This document shows positions 40,790 through 53,343 of a DNA stretch of 64,000 bases, in pieces. The notes under the pieces were generated by a model. It did not search any database, was not told the DNA's origin, and saw nothing but the letters and a program-made list of their open reading frames with translations. The translations under genes were made by a program, and so were the position numbers. This stretch comes from an uncultured Clostridia bacterium (GTDB lineage: Bacteria > Bacillota > Clostridia > TANB77 > CAG-508). The stretch is from the NCBI GenBank assembly GCA_947628215.1, contig CANQYZ010000002.1:12231-76230 (forward strand). Direction: 5' to 3'. Each line of letters opens with the position of its first letter. Position 1 is the first letter of the stretch.

Positions 40790-41389
40790 TTATTCATAAT
40801 CTTCTAAGAAAGCATTAAGTTCTAATTGCCCTACTATCTGTATTCCTTTTTTTAGATCATTAATATCCCCTTCTGGTAAAAATTTAGTACTTATATCTGT
40901 TAGTTCATAAAGAGATTTTTCTTTTTTCTCATCTAAATTATAAACTGCAATATATCCATTTTTTATGCCTACTTCATAATGTTCACTACATATTCCATCA
41001 AATTCTCTATAAAGTGAAACTTGTTTTTCATCAAAATCTATTACTTCCCAATCAGAATATTTTTCTTTTATTTCTTTCTCTGTCATATTTACCATTTCAT
41101 ACGGTAAATCTACATTTGAAGTTACAGTATGTGAACAATCTCTATAATATTTGTTTATTATTAAATTTGCATTATTTGATACTTTTTTCTCTTCAGATAA
41201 AGTCTCCTCTACTTCATTTTCTTCTATTTTATTATCATTTACATCTTTATTTGTTTCACTTTTTATAGATACATCTTTTTTATCTATATTTTCTTTAAAA
41301 TATACCCTTGCAGCAAATATGCTAAGAATAAAACTTATAATCAAAAAAATACTAATAATAAATTTTTTCATTCTCTTCTCCTTTTTCAT
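40790..41389 (-). CDS. hypothetical membrane-anchored protein (possible BofC-like C-terminal domain)
   Basis: 199 aa. N-terminal TM. C-terminus GIKNGYIAVYNLDEKKEKSLYELTDI...LKKGIQIVGQLELNAFLEDYE recalls the BofC C-domain; weak. Confidence 0.35.
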   Translation of the reverse strand: MKKEKRMKKFIISIFLIISFILSIFAARVYFKENIDKKDVSIKSETNKDVNDNKIEENEVEETLSEEKKVSNNANLIINKYYRDCSHTVTSNVDLPYEMVNMTEKEIKEKYSDWEVIDFDEKQVSLYREFDGICSEHYEVGIKNGYIAVYNLDEKKEKSLYELTDISTKFLPEGDINDLKKGIQIVGQLELNAFLEDYE

Positions 41390-41426
41390 ATTATTGGTAT
41401 TTTTTCTATATTTTATTCTTCAATTT

Positions 41427-43903
41427 CTATTTAAAAGTTTTAATACTTTTTATTTTTGAATTATTATCCACTTCTATATCTATTTCTCCATTTAAATCTG
41501 TTCTATAAATTAAAGATTTTATACTTTTTAATTTATTAATAGTATATAAACTTGGATGTCCATATTTATTATTCTTTCCAACTCCTATAAGTGATATTTT
41601 AGGATCTATTTCTTTTATAATTTTATCTATAGATGAAGAATCAGAACCGATGATGTGCTACTTTTAAAATATCTGATTCTAATATCTTTTTATTATTTTT
41701 ATATTCTTCTAAGATTTGTTCTTCTGCCTCTTTTTCAATATCTCCTGTAAAGATCATTGAAAAATCTTTAAAGTTTAACTTAAAAACTAATGCATTATTG
41801 TTTATCTCATTTTCAGCTATTTTTTTACCTCTATATGGCCATAACACATTAATATACGTATATTTATCTAAAAAAAGAATATCTCCTTTAGATAAAAATA
41901 TTATTTTTGCTTTGCTTTTTACTTCTTTTATTTTATTTATTAAAGCTTTATAATTGTCGTATTCTTCAAATTGTATTGGAAGAATTATATATTTTATATC
42001 TATATATTCTAAAAGAGAAATAGATCCTCCGCAGTGGTCATAGTCTAAATGAGAAAATATTAAGAAATCTAACTTTTTTATTTTTCTTTTAAGAAGATAT
42101 GGTTTTAAAACATTTTCTCCTATATCATAATTTTCTATTCCTCCCGTATCTATTAAAATTTTCTTGTTTTCTTTAGTAATTAAAAATGTACAATCTCCTT
42201 GAGATACATCTAAAAAGCATATTTTAAGTCCTGCATTTTTTCTTATAGAAAAATCATAAAAAACATTTACTAATATTGATACTACAATTAGACTAAAAAC
42301 AATTTTTAATAAAACTTTTTTAAATCTAATAAATATCTTTTTTAGATATTCTCTCCATTTTTTAGATAAAACAAGATATAAAAATCCTAAAAAAGTATAA
42401 TACAAAATAATCTGAAATAGATTTAAACTACAAATTGTATATGATGTAAATTTAATCTTAGAAAAAAATGTTGCTACAAAATTAATTATATTTATAAAGA
42501 TTTTTATTATAAAATTTAAAATTTTTATATTTGGTAAAAATATAAATATAATTCCTAAAAATTCTAAAAGAAACATTACTGGACTTATAATTAAATTTGA
42601 AAACAAAAAATTAAAAGATAATAAATTAGAACTATTAATAATTACTGGAATAATCATAAGATTTGCAGATAAACTTACTATCATAACTTCTTTTGTATAG
42701 TTTAAAAACTTTTTTAAAAAGCTTTTATTTTCCTTTTGATGACTAAAAAAATCTTCTAAATGATTTACAAATAAAAGAATACCTAAAGTTGCTAAAAATG
42801 AAAGAAGAAATCCTAAATCTACTAAATAATATGGATTTATTATGAGCAATATAAAAGATGAAAAACATAGATTATAATAAACATTACTTTTTCTATATGT
42901 TAATTTACTAATTATTATTAATACAGACATAATAATAGCTCTTAATACAGAAGGCAAAGCTCCAACTATATATAGAAAAAACAATAATATTAATAAAGTC
43001 AAATATTTCTTTTTTCTATAATTCTTTGTTATTTTATCTAGCAAAATAGAGACAATTGTAATTATACAAGATACATGTAATCCAGAAACTGCAAGAATAT
43101 GAGATATACTACTTTTACTAAAATTATTTTTTGTAATATCATCTATTTGTTCTTTATCTCCTATTAAAATACCAATTAATATTCCGTGAGTTTTCTTTAA
43201 ATGCCCTGCTTATCTTATTTTTAATATATTCAATAATTTTAAATCTTGCAGTGTTTACTATGTCTTTTTTTATATTTATTACTTCTATATTTTTTGCATC
43301 TATTACTCCATATATATCTTTATTTTCTAAATACTCTTCATAATTAAATACTTTAAAATTATTAAACGATGATGTTTTATCATATTTTCCATATATTCTA
43401 ATATAATCTCCAGGAAAAAAATTTACTTTTTCTTTTTTCATCATTACTTTTAAAATAGCTTTTTTACCTAAAAAACTACTTATCTTAACTTGTCTTTTTT
43501 CTTTAACTACTATTTTTTCTACACTTATCTCAAAGCTATTTTTAAACTCTCCTTCTTTTATAGAAGAAGTTATTGTTCCATATACTTGCACTGAATCTAA
43601 ATTTTCAAAAGAATATAATTTATCTTTTATATTATCTTTTGTATTATTTATAAATTGAACATAAAAAAATCCAATTAGAATAAATAAAAAGAACAAAGCA
43701 ATATACTTTATAAATACTTTTTGTTTTTTCGACTCTTTTTCTTGTATTTTTTCATATATTTTTTCTTTAATTTTAATACTAAAATTAAATATGATTATAG
43801 AAAAAATTATAGCTATTAAAAAAAAGGATAAAAATAGAGCTATACCTTTATAGTATAGCCCCCATATTATACCTATAATAAATCCTATTGTTATAAAAAA
43901 CAT
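41427..43903 (-). CDS. comEC: DNA internalization competence protein ComEC/Rec2; frame broken twice (extra bases at 43186 and 41649)
   Basis: ORFs 43154..43903 + 41641..43044 + an unlisted tail. Junctions KENS|GILIGILIGDKEQIDD...SHILAVSGLHV and LKVAHH|GSDSSSIDKIIKEIDPKISLIGVGKNNKYGHP (metallo-beta-lactamase end). Length 2477 = 3n+2. Confidence 0.8.
41647..41649 (-). other. C-GGT interruption site 2 in comEC (cat-C-ggt)
   Basis: Restores VAHH|GSDSSS. Confidence 0.8.
43184..43186 (-). other. C-GGA interruption site 1 in comEC (tca-C-gga)
   Basis: Restores KENS|GILIGILIGD. Confidence 0.75.
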
Positions 43904-43907
43904 TTAT

Positions 43908-45311
43908 TTATTTTATAATTCGTCTTGCCCCTAAATAATTTTTAACATAATAGCTGTCTGATAAACTTGTTATTTTTACTCCGTCATCTGGATTTGAAGC
44001 ATGTATAAATTCGTTATTTCCAATGTATATACCAACATGTCCTGAGAATAATAACAAATCTCCAATTTCTAAACTAGCTTTATTTTTAACTTTAGTTCCA
44101 TCATTTTTTTGTGATGATGATGATCTAGAAAGTTTATATCCAAAATGACCATATACATATTGAGTAAATCCTGAACAATCAAATCCTGTTTTTGGACTTG
44201 CTCCTCCAGCTTTATATTTATATCCTAAGTATTTCATAGCATAAGCTACAAGTTCTACTCTTTGTTTATTTGCATCAGATGTAGTATCTTGTACTTTTTC
44301 ATTTGAAACTTTATCTTGTTCTTTCTCTTTATTCTTTTCAGTTTCTTTTTTTACTTCATTTTCTTTACTTGTAGAAGTTTCTTTTTTAGTTTCTTCTTGT
44401 TTTGCCTCTTCTTGTTTCTTCTCTGTATTTGCTGAACTTAAATCAATTGGTTGTACAATTCTTATATCATTAGATCTTGAAGTAACTGGTCTTTCACCTA
44501 AAGTAACTAAAGATTTTAAAAGATATCCTTCAGTATCATCTGATGTTTTAACCTTATACCAACCATTTTTCTCTGAAAGTACAGTAAATTCTTCATTAGA
44601 TGCTACTCCACCAATAACTTGGTAATCAGTTCCAGGACCTTCTCTTAAATTTGCTGCGCTAGATGATAAATATCCTTTTTCATTTACTGTGTTGTCTTTT
44701 TCTTCAGTAACCTCTGGTTCTTCAGAAACTTCTGTATCGTTTTCTAATTGTTCATATTCTTTCATTAATTTATAATTTGGAATCCATCCCATTACATCCT
44801 TTGAAGAAACATAAGACCAATTTCCAATAGTCATCTCTACTTCTACTTTTGTTCCCTTAGTAAGACTACCAATTGTTGAAGATGAATAAGTTGCTATTAA
44901 ATAAATATCAGAATTAGAATAAAGTGTATCTGTAATTTCTTCCGTATTTTCATTATTTTCTTCTTCCGGAGTATCTATATTATTCTCTTCTACATTATTT
45001 TCTTCCGTTTCGCTAACATCAATAGTAGTATTATCAGTAGTTTCATTTTCGTCTTCTGAAACTTTTAAGAAATTACTCTTAATGTATCCTTCTTTTCCAT
45101 TATATTCGACTTTGTACCAACCTTCTTCTTCAGAAATAACGTTTACTATAGTATCTTTTGGTATTGATTCTACTATTTCTGAGCTTGTACTTGCTTGTTC
45201 TCTAATTCGTACTGATGAGGCTGTTACTGTTCCATCTGTTGCAAATGTATTTGTGCTTAAAGCACAAATTGATGCTATTCCAAGTAAAGTTATAGTAAAT
45301 TTTTTATTCAT
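43908..45311 (-). CDS. secreted NlpC/P60 cell-wall hydrolase with SH3b repeats
   Basis: ORF 43908..45374. Signal peptide MNKKFTITLLGIASICALS. SH3b repeats (GWYKV). C-terminal GFDCSGFTQYVY...GHVGIYIG catalytic Cys/His. Confidence 0.8.
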   Translation of the reverse strand: MNKKFTITLLGIASICALSTNTFATDGTVTASSVRIREQASTSSEIVESIPKDTIVNVISEEEGWYKVEYNGKEGYIKSNFLKVSEDENETTDNTTIDVSETEENNVEENNIDTPEEENNENTEEITDTLYSNSDIYLIATYSSSTIGSLTKGTKVEVEMTIGNWSYVSSKDVMGWIPNYKLMKEYEQLENDTEVSEEPEVTEEKDNTVNEKGYLSSSAANLREGPGTDYQVIGGVASNEEFTVLSEKNGWYKVKTSDDTEGYLLKSLVTLGERPVTSRSNDIRIVQPIDLSSANTEKKQEEAKQEETKKETSTSKENEVKKETEKNKEKEQDKVSNEKVQDTTSDANKQRVELVAYAMKYLGYKYKAGGASPKTGFDCSGFTQYVYGHFGYKLSRSSSSQKNDGTKVKNKASLEIGDLLLFSGHVGIYIGNNEFIHASNPDDGVKITSLSDSYYVKNYLGARRIIK

Positions 45312-45437
45312 ATACACAAAAACCTCACTTTTTATTAACATTTTAAGTATATATATATTTAAAAAGTTTGTCAATAATAAAAAAATGCCATTCTTTTACA
45401 TAAAAATAGCATTTTTTTATTTTTTTACATTATTTTA

Positions 45438-47205
45438 TTATTTTTCATCTAAATCTAACTTAATATGTACATCTTTAAGTTGTTCTTCTGTTACTCTAGA
45501 TGGTGCTCTCATTAAAAGATCTCTAGCTTTCTTATTCTTTGGAAAAGCTATTACCTCTCTTATATTATCTTCTTTTGCAATAAGCATTATTATTCTATCG
45601 ATTCCAGGAGCTGCACCTGCGTGAGGAGGAGTTCCATAACTAAATGCATTATAAAGAGCTCCAAATCTATTTTTTACATCTTCTTCTTTATATCCTGCTA
45701 TTTCAAAAGCTTTAATCATAATATCTTGATCATGATTTCTAACAGCTCCTGATGCTATTTCATACCCATTACATACTAAATCATATTGATATGCATAAAT
45801 ATCTAAAGGATCTTTAGTATTTAATGCTTCAAGTCCACCTTGTGGCATTGAAAATGGATTATGATTGAAATCTATTGTTCCTTCATCAGATAATTCATAC
45901 ATTGGAAAATCTACTATCCAGCAGAATTTATAGATATCTTTTTCTATTAAATCTAGTCTTTTTCCAAGTTCTATTCTAACTCCACCTGCTACTTTTTGTG
46001 CTTTTTCTAATTCATCTGCTATAAAGAATATTGCAGAATTTTCTTTTGCTCCTAATTTCTTTTCTAATTTTTCTTTTTGTTCTTCTGTGATAAATTTAGA
46101 AATACCACCTGCTAATCCTTCTTTTTCAACTTTAACCCAAGCTAAACCTTTAGCTCCAAGTTCTTCGACTGCATATTCAGACATTTGATCAAAGAATTTT
46201 CTTGGTTTTTCTTCCATATTATCTGTTTTTATAGCTTTAATAGTTTTTCCTTTAAATGCATTGAATTCTGTATTTTCAAATATTTCTGTTACATCTTCTA
46301 TAACTAATGGATTTCTTAAGTCTGGTTTATCAGAACCATACTTTTCCATAGCTTCTTTATAAGGAATTCTTACAAATGGAGCTTCTGTTATTTTATAATC
46401 ACTATTTTTCTTAAATACATTTGGAATTACTCTTTCTAATACTTCAAAAACATCTTCTTGTGTTGCATAAGACATTTCTAAATCTAATTGATAAAACTCT
46501 CCGTGGTGACCTATCTGCTCTTGGATCTTCATCTCTAAAGCATGGTGCTATTTGGTAATATTTATTAAATCCTGATATCATAAGTAATTGTTTAAATTGT
46601 TGTGGAGCTTGTGGAAGAGCATAAAACTCTCCTGGATGAAGTCTACTTGGTACTAAAAAGTCTCTTGCTCCTTCTGGAGATGAGTTTGCAAGGATTGGAG
46701 TTTGAATCTCAGTAAATCCTTCTCTATCCATTTCATCTCTCATTGTTTTTAATATTTTAGATCTAAGTAATATATTTTTATGAATCTTGTCATTTCTTAA
46801 ATCTAAAAATCTATATTCTAGTCTTAAATCTTCTCTTACTTGATTTTCTACATCTTGTTTTTGGTTTATTTCAAATGGTAATACATTTTTGCATTTTCCA
46901 AGAACTCTTACATCTGTTGCAATTATTTCTATGTCCCCTGTAGGAATATCACTATTTTTGTTACTTCTTTCAGAAACTGTACCTGTAAAAGAAACACTAC
47001 ACTCTGTAGTTAAATCTTTAATTTTTTCTTCCATTTTTTCATCATCAGAAATTATTATCTGTGTTATACCAAATTCATCTCTTAAATCAATGAATTTCAT
47101 TTTTCCTAAATTTCTAATTCTTTGTACCCACCCTGCAAGTCTTACTGTTTCACCTACATTTTTTATTCTTAATTCTCCACAATTATGAGTTCTATATTCG
47201 TTCAT
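45438..47205 (-). CDS. aspS: aspartyl-tRNA synthetase; frame broken by extra base at 46503
   Basis: ORFs 46444..47205 + 45438..46532. Junction CFRDEDPRADRSP|GEFYQLDLEMSYATQEDVF (class II motif 2). C-terminal GTPPHAGAAPGIDR. Length 1768 = 3n+1. Confidence 0.9.
46501..46503 (-). other. C-GGA interruption site in aspS (cca-C-gga)
   Basis: Restores DRSP|GEFYQLD. Confidence 0.85.
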
Positions 47206-47383
47206 AAAAAATCCCCTTCTTCTCTTAAAGATAGCTTAAATTATATATCAAAAATAGTATTATATCAATAGTTTTGTACGTTTTACATTAAAAGTTTAAA
47301 TGCAGCAAAAATAAAATAAAAATATAGATAAATAAAATATCTATATTTTTATAACATTATTTTAATTTAAAATATTTTCTAAC

Positions 47384-47605
47384 TTAAAAAGAAAGTAAAT
47401 TTACAAAAAAAGCTATAATTGCCCATGCTATACCAATAGTAAGTAAAATTCCTAAAACAATAGTTATTATTACTGTTTCTTTTGGCTTTCTTACAGGCTC
47501 TCCATTTACCCAGTTTTTACCTTGAAAATTTGGATTTTCTGAATTTCCTGAATAAATATCATCTTCATTTACTTCTTCTTTTTTTATTTCTTTATCTTCT
47601 TTCAC
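47384..47605 (-). CDS. small membrane protein (73 aa)
   Basis: Acidic N-terminus plus one C-terminal TM (VIITIVLGILLTIGIAWAIIAFFV). Hairpin terminator at about 47325-47352. Confidence 0.45.
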   Translation of the reverse strand: MKEDKEIKKEEVNEDDIYSGNSENPNFQGKNWVNGEPVRKPKETVIITIVLGILLTIGIAWAIIAFFVNLLSF

Positions 47606-47623
47606 TTTATCTCTCCCTGATTT

Positions 47624-49232
47624 TTATTTACTTTGGTTATATTCTTTTGCAGCTTTTACAAATGCTACAAATAAAGGTGCTGGTCTATCTGGTCTTGATT
47701 TAAATTCTGGATGGAATTGTCCTGCTATAAAAAATGGATGTTTTGTATATTCTACAATTTCTACTAAATTTCCATCTGGTGATGTACCACTACAAATTAA
47801 GCCTTCATTTTCAAATCTTTCTTTATAATCATTATTATACTCAAATCTATGTCTATGTCTTTCATTTATATTTTCTTCTTTATAAACTTTGTATGCTAAA
47901 GAATTTTTCTTAATTTTACAAGGATAAGATCCAAGTCTCATAGTTCCACCTTTTTTAGTTATTGCTTTTTGCGTTTCCATTATATGAATTACTGGATTTG
48001 AAGTATTTTTATCAAATTCTGCTGAATTTGCATCTTTTAAATTTAATACATTTCTTGCAAATTCAACAACTGCCATTTGCATACCAAGGCAAATTCCAAG
48101 GAAAGGAATATTATTTTCTCTTGCATATTTTATTGCTTCTATTTTTCCTTCTATTCCTCTATTTCCAAATCCTCCTGGAACTAATATTCCATCATACTCT
48201 CCTAAAATATCTTTTGCATTTTCACTATTTATTTTACCAGAATCTACAAATCCTACTTTTACTTTAACATTATTTGAAAATCCACCATGTCTTAAGCTTT
48301 CTGCAACTGATAAATAAGAATCTTGAAGTTTCATATATTTTCCAACTATTGCAATATTTATTTCTTTATCAAGTTTTCTAATCTTGTTTATCATAGCTTC
48401 CCATTTACTATTATCTGGCTCTTTTTTTCTTAAATTAAGTTTTCTACATACAGCATCTCCTAAGCCTTCTTTTTCAAGTAAAAGTGGTACAGCATATAAA
48501 TTATCAGCTGTAATATTTTGAATAACATCTTCTTTTCTTACATTACAAAATAGAGCAAGTTTTTCTTTTATTTCTTCTGGTATTTTTTCATCTGCCCTAC
48601 ATACTAATATGTCTGGTTTAATACCCATTGATTGTAAATCTTTTACTGAATGCTGTGTTGGTTTTGATTTTACTTCATTTGAACCTGAAATATATGGAAG
48701 AAGTGTTACATGAATATAAGCTACATCATGTTCTTCCTTTTCAAGCCCTACTTGTCTTATAGCTTCTACTAAAGCTAGTCCTTCTATATCACCAATTGTT
48801 CCACCAAGCTCTACTATTACAACATCTATATCTGTATTTTCAAATGAATAAATATTTTCTTTTATTTCATTAGTTATATGAGGAATTACTTGTATTGTTT
48901 TTCCCAAGTATTTTCCTTCTCTTTCTTTATTTATAACACTTTGATATATTTGACCAGAAGAAATTGATGATCTTCTAGTTAAATTCTCATCTATAAATCT
49001 TTCATAATGACCAAGATCAAGATCTGTTTCTGCTCCATCATCTGTTACAAATACTTCTCCATGTTCATAAGGGCTCATTGTTCCGAGGATCTATATTTAT
49101 GTAAGGATCAAATTTTTGAATAGTTACTTTATATCCTCTATTTTTTAATAATCTTCCAAGTGATGCTGCAGTTATTCCTTTTCCAAGTCCTGATACAACT
49201 CCTCCTGTTACAAATACATACTTAGTTTCCAT
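47624..49232 (-). CDS. pyrG: CTP synthase; frame broken by extra base at 49085
   Basis: ORF 47624..49078 plus an unlisted 5' piece [49 protein letters not shown]|[30 protein letters not shown]. GATase motif GICLGMQ. Length 1609 = 3n+1. Confidence 0.92.
49083..49085 (-). other. C-GGA interruption site in pyrG (cct-C-gga)
   Basis: Restores NIDP|[12 protein letters not shown]. Confidence 0.9.
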
Positions 49233-49362
49233 ATTGCTTCATTTCCTCCTAAAAAAACAAAAAAGCAGATTAAAAAAGGGTTTTTTTTTAATCTACTTTT
49301 GTCTTACTTCCTTCTATGTTTCTCATTCTATCATTACATTTTTTTAATTGCAATAGTTAATT

Positions 49363-49719
49363 TTAAAAAATATAAATCATTTTATAAATATAAACTGTAA
49401 TTGTAATTAAAGCTGTAATTATTAGATAAACATTAAAGAAATTAAATTTTAATTTATGGACATATCTATCAATAAAAAATAAAATAATAGCTATTATCCA
49501 TAAAATACATGTCAGATTTGCTTCAAAAGATTGTTTTATTTTTCCAGTAAATAAATATATACTTGCATGAGTAAGTCCACATGCAGGACATGGTACATTA
49601 AAAAAACCTTTTACTGGACAAATAGTTCCAAATGCAATATTCATAATTACGCTATATATAAGTATTGCAATCAAAGCAAACCTTATGTTATATATGTCTT
49701 GTTCTAATTTTTTAAGCAT
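49363..49719 (-). CDS. DUF2752-like membrane protein
   Basis: 118 aa. CPVKGFFNVPCPACGLTHA motif plus TM helices. Confidence 0.55.
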   Translation of the reverse strand: MLKKLEQDIYNIRFALIAILIYSVIMNIAFGTICPVKGFFNVPCPACGLTHASIYLFTGKIKQSFEANLTCILWIIAIILFFIDRYVHKLKFNFFNVYLIITALITITVYIYKMIYIF

Positions 49720-49722
49720 ATT

Positions 49723-49983
49723 TTATCCTACATTACTTAATATTGCAGCTAATGTTCCTGTTGAAAGCGTTACTCCAATTATAATTGCAAATATGATAAA
49801 TACGCAGAAATATGATGCAGCAAAATTCTTTACGTTTTTATTAGTTGTTCCTCCTAATGCAAGAATTAAAGCAATAATTATACCAATACATGGTAATGCA
49901 AAAAGTATTTGATAACCAAAATATCCCCACATTGAAATTGGCTTATATTCTGCAGGAATATTATTTTGAAAATCATTATCCAT
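49723..49983 (-). CDS. small polytopic membrane protein
   Basis: 86 aa with two predicted TM helices. Adjacent to the DUF2752 gene. Confidence 0.45.
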   Translation of the reverse strand: MDNDFQNNIPAEYKPISMWGYFGYQILFALPCIGIIIALILALGGTTNKNVKNFAASYFCVFIIFAIIIGVTLSTGTLAAILSNVG

Positions 49984-50086
49984 TTTTTATTCCTCCCATA
50001 TTAATTTTGGCTCATTATATCATATTAAAAACAAAAAAAGTATATTTTTCTACATTTTAAAAAAATATACTTTTTATTATTTAATT

Positions 50087-50953
50087 TTATCTTAGTCTTT
50101 GTTTTACAGCTTCATAGATTATAATTCCAGCAGATACGGAAGCATTAAGAGAATTTATTTTTCCCTTCATTGGAATTTTTACTAGCATGTCTGCATTTTC
50201 TTTTACAAGTCTACTCATTCCAAAACCTTCACTTCCAATAATTATTGCAATATCTCCTTTTAAATCTTGGTTATAATAAATTGTCCTTGCTTCTCCATCT
50301 GTTCCAATTATCCAAAGTCCATTTTCTTTTAATTTTCTTATTGTCTCAGTTATATTATTTACTCTTGCAATTTTCATATGTTCTACTGCACCAGCAGATA
50401 CTTTGCTTACTGTACTATTAACAGTAACACTTCTTCTTTTTGGAATTATTATTCCATGTACTCCGGCAGTTTCTGCAGTTCTTATTATTGATCCTAAATT
50501 ATGTGGATCTTCTATACCATCTAATATTAATATAAAAGCATCTTCATTTTTTTCTTTTGCAAAATCTAAAATATCTTCAACTTCACAATAATTAAATGGT
50601 GGTACAACTGCAATTACACCTTGATGGTTTTGTGTTTTAGACATAAAATCTAATTTTGATTTATCTACTTCTTTAATTACTATTTTATTTTCTATAGCTT
50701 GTGCAATAATTTTATTTATTGATCCATGTTTTTCCCCAGCTTGCACAAATATTTTGTTTATATCTCTATCTGAATTTAAAAGTTCAAGTACTGCATTTCT
50801 TCCTTCTACTATATCGTCATAAGAATTTTCATCTTCTACTGTTCTAGGATTTTTAAATTCTTTTTGATTTTTATCATTTTCTCTAAATTCTTTTCTTTTT
50901 CTATCAAAATTCTTTCTTTTATTTTTCTGCCTATTTTCTTTAAAATCTCTCAT
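50087..50953 (-). CDS. rlmB: 23S rRNA (guanosine-2'-O)-methyltransferase RlmB (SpoU/TrmH family)
   Basis: 288 aa. Basic N-terminus. DGIEDPHNLGSIIRTAE, IIGSEGFGMSRLV, SLNASVSAGIIIYE. Confidence 0.8.
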   Translation of the reverse strand: MRDFKENRQKNKRKNFDRKRKEFRENDKNQKEFKNPRTVEDENSYDDIVEGRNAVLELLNSDRDINKIFVQAGEKHGSINKIIAQAIENKIVIKEVDKSKLDFMSKTQNHQGVIAVVPPFNYCEVEDILDFAKEKNEDAFILILDGIEDPHNLGSIIRTAETAGVHGIIIPKRRSVTVNSTVSKVSAGAVEHMKIARVNNITETIRKLKENGLWIIGTDGEARTIYYNQDLKGDIAIIIGSEGFGMSRLVKENADMLVKIPMKGKINSLNASVSAGIIIYEAVKQRLR

Positions 50954-50984
50954 AAATTCTCCTCGTATAATTTTTACTTTTCTT

Positions 50985-51365
50985 TTAAAGCATTTTTTCC
51001 ATTAATTCTAGATTTCCTTTAAGTGGTATTACTTCCCATCCTATAAGTTCATCACTATATGGCTCATAAATATCATTTTTTAAAAATACTTTTTTATTAT
51101 ACCAAAATCCCATTGCAACTTCAGCAAAACTGTTAGGACCAATATAATTTTTTATATCTCCTTTATCCTCATTTACAATAAAAACTGCATCTGTTTCTGG
51201 TTTTGCGATTTCACTAAAATGAAGTCTAGCATGGTCTTTTTTGTTCATCTCAACTAAAAATTCTCTTGGAACAACTACTTCATAACCTTTTGTCTTTAGA
51301 TTTTCTCCAAGTGCAATTATTGTATCTTTAAATTTTCTACTTCCACAAAGTACAATTCTTTTCAC
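50985..51365 (-). CDS. hypothetical protein, possibly nucleoside 2-deoxyribosyltransferase-like fold
   Basis: 126 aa. MKRIVLCGSRKF... with a late acidic residue pattern. Assignment weak. Confidence 0.3.
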   Translation of the reverse strand: MKRIVLCGSRKFKDTIIALGENLKTKGYEVVVPREFLVEMNKKDHARLHFSEIAKPETDAVFIVNEDKGDIKNYIGPNSFAEVAMGFWYNKKVFLKNDIYEPYSDELIGWEVIPLKGNLELMEKML

Positions 51366-51370
51366 TTTAA

Positions 51371-53184
51371 TTACTCCTCCTCATCTAATTTAAGAACTGA
51401 TAAAAAGGCTTCTTGTGGTATTTCAACATTTCCTATTTGTCTCATTTTCTTTTTACCTTTTTTCTGTTTTTCAAGTAATTTTTTCTTTCTTGTAATATCT
51501 CCACCATAACATTTTGCTAAAACGTCTTTTCTCATAGCAGATAAAGTTTCTCTTGCAATTATTTTCCCACTTACAACTGCTTGTATTGGTATTTCAAATA
51601 ATTGTCTTGGTATTACTGTTTTTAACTTTTCTGCCATTTTTCTTCCTCTAGTATATGCTGAATCTTTATGTACAATAAAAGAAAGTGCATCTACAGCTTC
51701 ATTATTTATATATAAATCAAGTTTTACTAAATCTGCTCTTCTATATTCTTTAAATTCATAATCTACAGAAGCATATCCTTTTGTTTTAGATTTTAGAGTA
51801 TCAAAAAAGTCATAAATAATTTCATTTAATGGAAGATCATATTCTAGAATTACTCTATTTTCATCTAAATATTTCATATCTATATATGTGCCTCTTCTAT
51901 TTTGACATACGTCCATAACATTTCCGAACAAATTCTTTCGGAAGCATTATTTCAGCTTTTACTATTGGCTCTTCAATGTAACTTATTTCTTGAGTAGATG
52001 GAAGGTCTGTTGGATTATATAGTTCCATTATTTCACCATTTGTTTTATGTACTTTATAAATAACAGATGGTGCTGTTGTAATTAATCCTAAATCAAATTC
52101 TCTTTCTAATCTTTCAATTACAATTTCTAGATGAAGAAGTCCTAAGAATCCGGCATCTAAATCCAAATCCTAAAGCTACAGATGTTTCTGGCTCATATTC
52201 TAAAGCTGCATCATTTAATTTTAATTTTTCTAAAGCTGTTTTTAAATATTCATATTCACTACCATCTACTGGATACATTCCACAATAAACCATAGAATTT
52301 GCTTTTTTATATCCAGGAAGAGGTTTATCTGCTCTATTTTCTTTATGTGTTATTGTATCTCCTACATGTAAGTCTGATACAGTCTTTACACTAGCTGCTA
52401 TGTATCCTACTTCTCCTGCTCTTAGCTCTTTTGCTGGTATATATTCTCCAGCTCCAAAATATCCAACTTCAGTAACAATAAAAGATTTATTTGTAGCCAT
52501 AAATAAAATTTCGTCTCCTTCTTTTACTGTTCCCTCTTTTACTCTTACATAACTTATAGCACCTTTATAATTATCATAAAAAGAATCAAATATTAAACAT
52601 TGTAATTTTCCATTTTCATCTCCTTCTGGTGGCAAAATATCTGTTACAATTCGCTCTAATACTTCTTCAACATTTAGTCCAGATTTAGCAGAAATACAAG
52701 GTGCGTCAGAAGCTGGAATTCCAATAATATCTTCAATCTCTTTTTTTACTTCGTCTGGTCTTGCATTTGGAAGATCTATCTTATTTATAACTGGTAAAAT
52801 CTCTAAATTATTATCTAAAGCTAAATATACATTTGCTAAAGTTTGAGCTTCTACACCTTGACTACTATCTACTATTAAAACAGCACCTTCACATGCAGCT
52901 AAACTTCTTGAAACTTCATAATTAAAATCTACATGTCCTGGTGTATCTATTAAATTTAAGATATATGTATTTCCATCTTTAGCTTTATAGTTCATTCTTA
53001 CAGCCTGAGACTTAATTGTAATTCCTCTTTCTCTTTCAATATCCATATTATCTAAAACTTGACTTTCCATCTCTCTTTTAGATAAAACTCCTGTAAGTTC
53101 AATAAGTCTATCAGCTAAAGTTGATTTACCATGATCTATATGTGCAATTATACTAAAATTTCTAATTAGTTCTTTATTATACAA
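51371..53184 (-). CDS. lepA: translation elongation factor 4 (LepA); frame broken twice (extra bases at 52152 and 51926)
   Basis: ORFs 52114..53184 + 51897..52166 + 51371..51931. [23 protein letters not shown]. Junctions ALGFGFRC|[15 protein letters not shown] and LPKEFV|[19 protein letters not shown]. Length 1814 = 3n+2. TTG start with AAGGAGA RBS. Confidence 0.92.
51924..51926 (-). other. C-GGA interruption site 2 in lepA (gtt-C-gga)
   Basis: Restores KEFV|GNVMDVCQ. Confidence 0.9.
52150..52152 (-). other. C-GGA interruption site 1 in lepA (tgc-C-gga)
   Basis: Restores GFRC|GFLGLLHLE. Confidence 0.9.
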
Positions 53185-53343
53185 GCTAAAATTCTCCTTA
53201 AAAATTATAATTTTAACGTACTTATTTTACCATAATATTTACGTAAATTTCAATATATTCAATGAATTTATAAATCTTAAAGAAAAACAAAAAGTACTTT
53301 ATTTAAAAATTAAATAAAGCACTTTTATTTTAATCTTTTATTT

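Noticed and set aside
47206-47383. Possible T-box leader upstream of aspS
   Set aside because: The region is only about 180 nt, and part of it is the terminator of the upstream small gene. No specifier-loop/T-box sequence (AAUUAGGGUGGUACCGCG-like) is visible.
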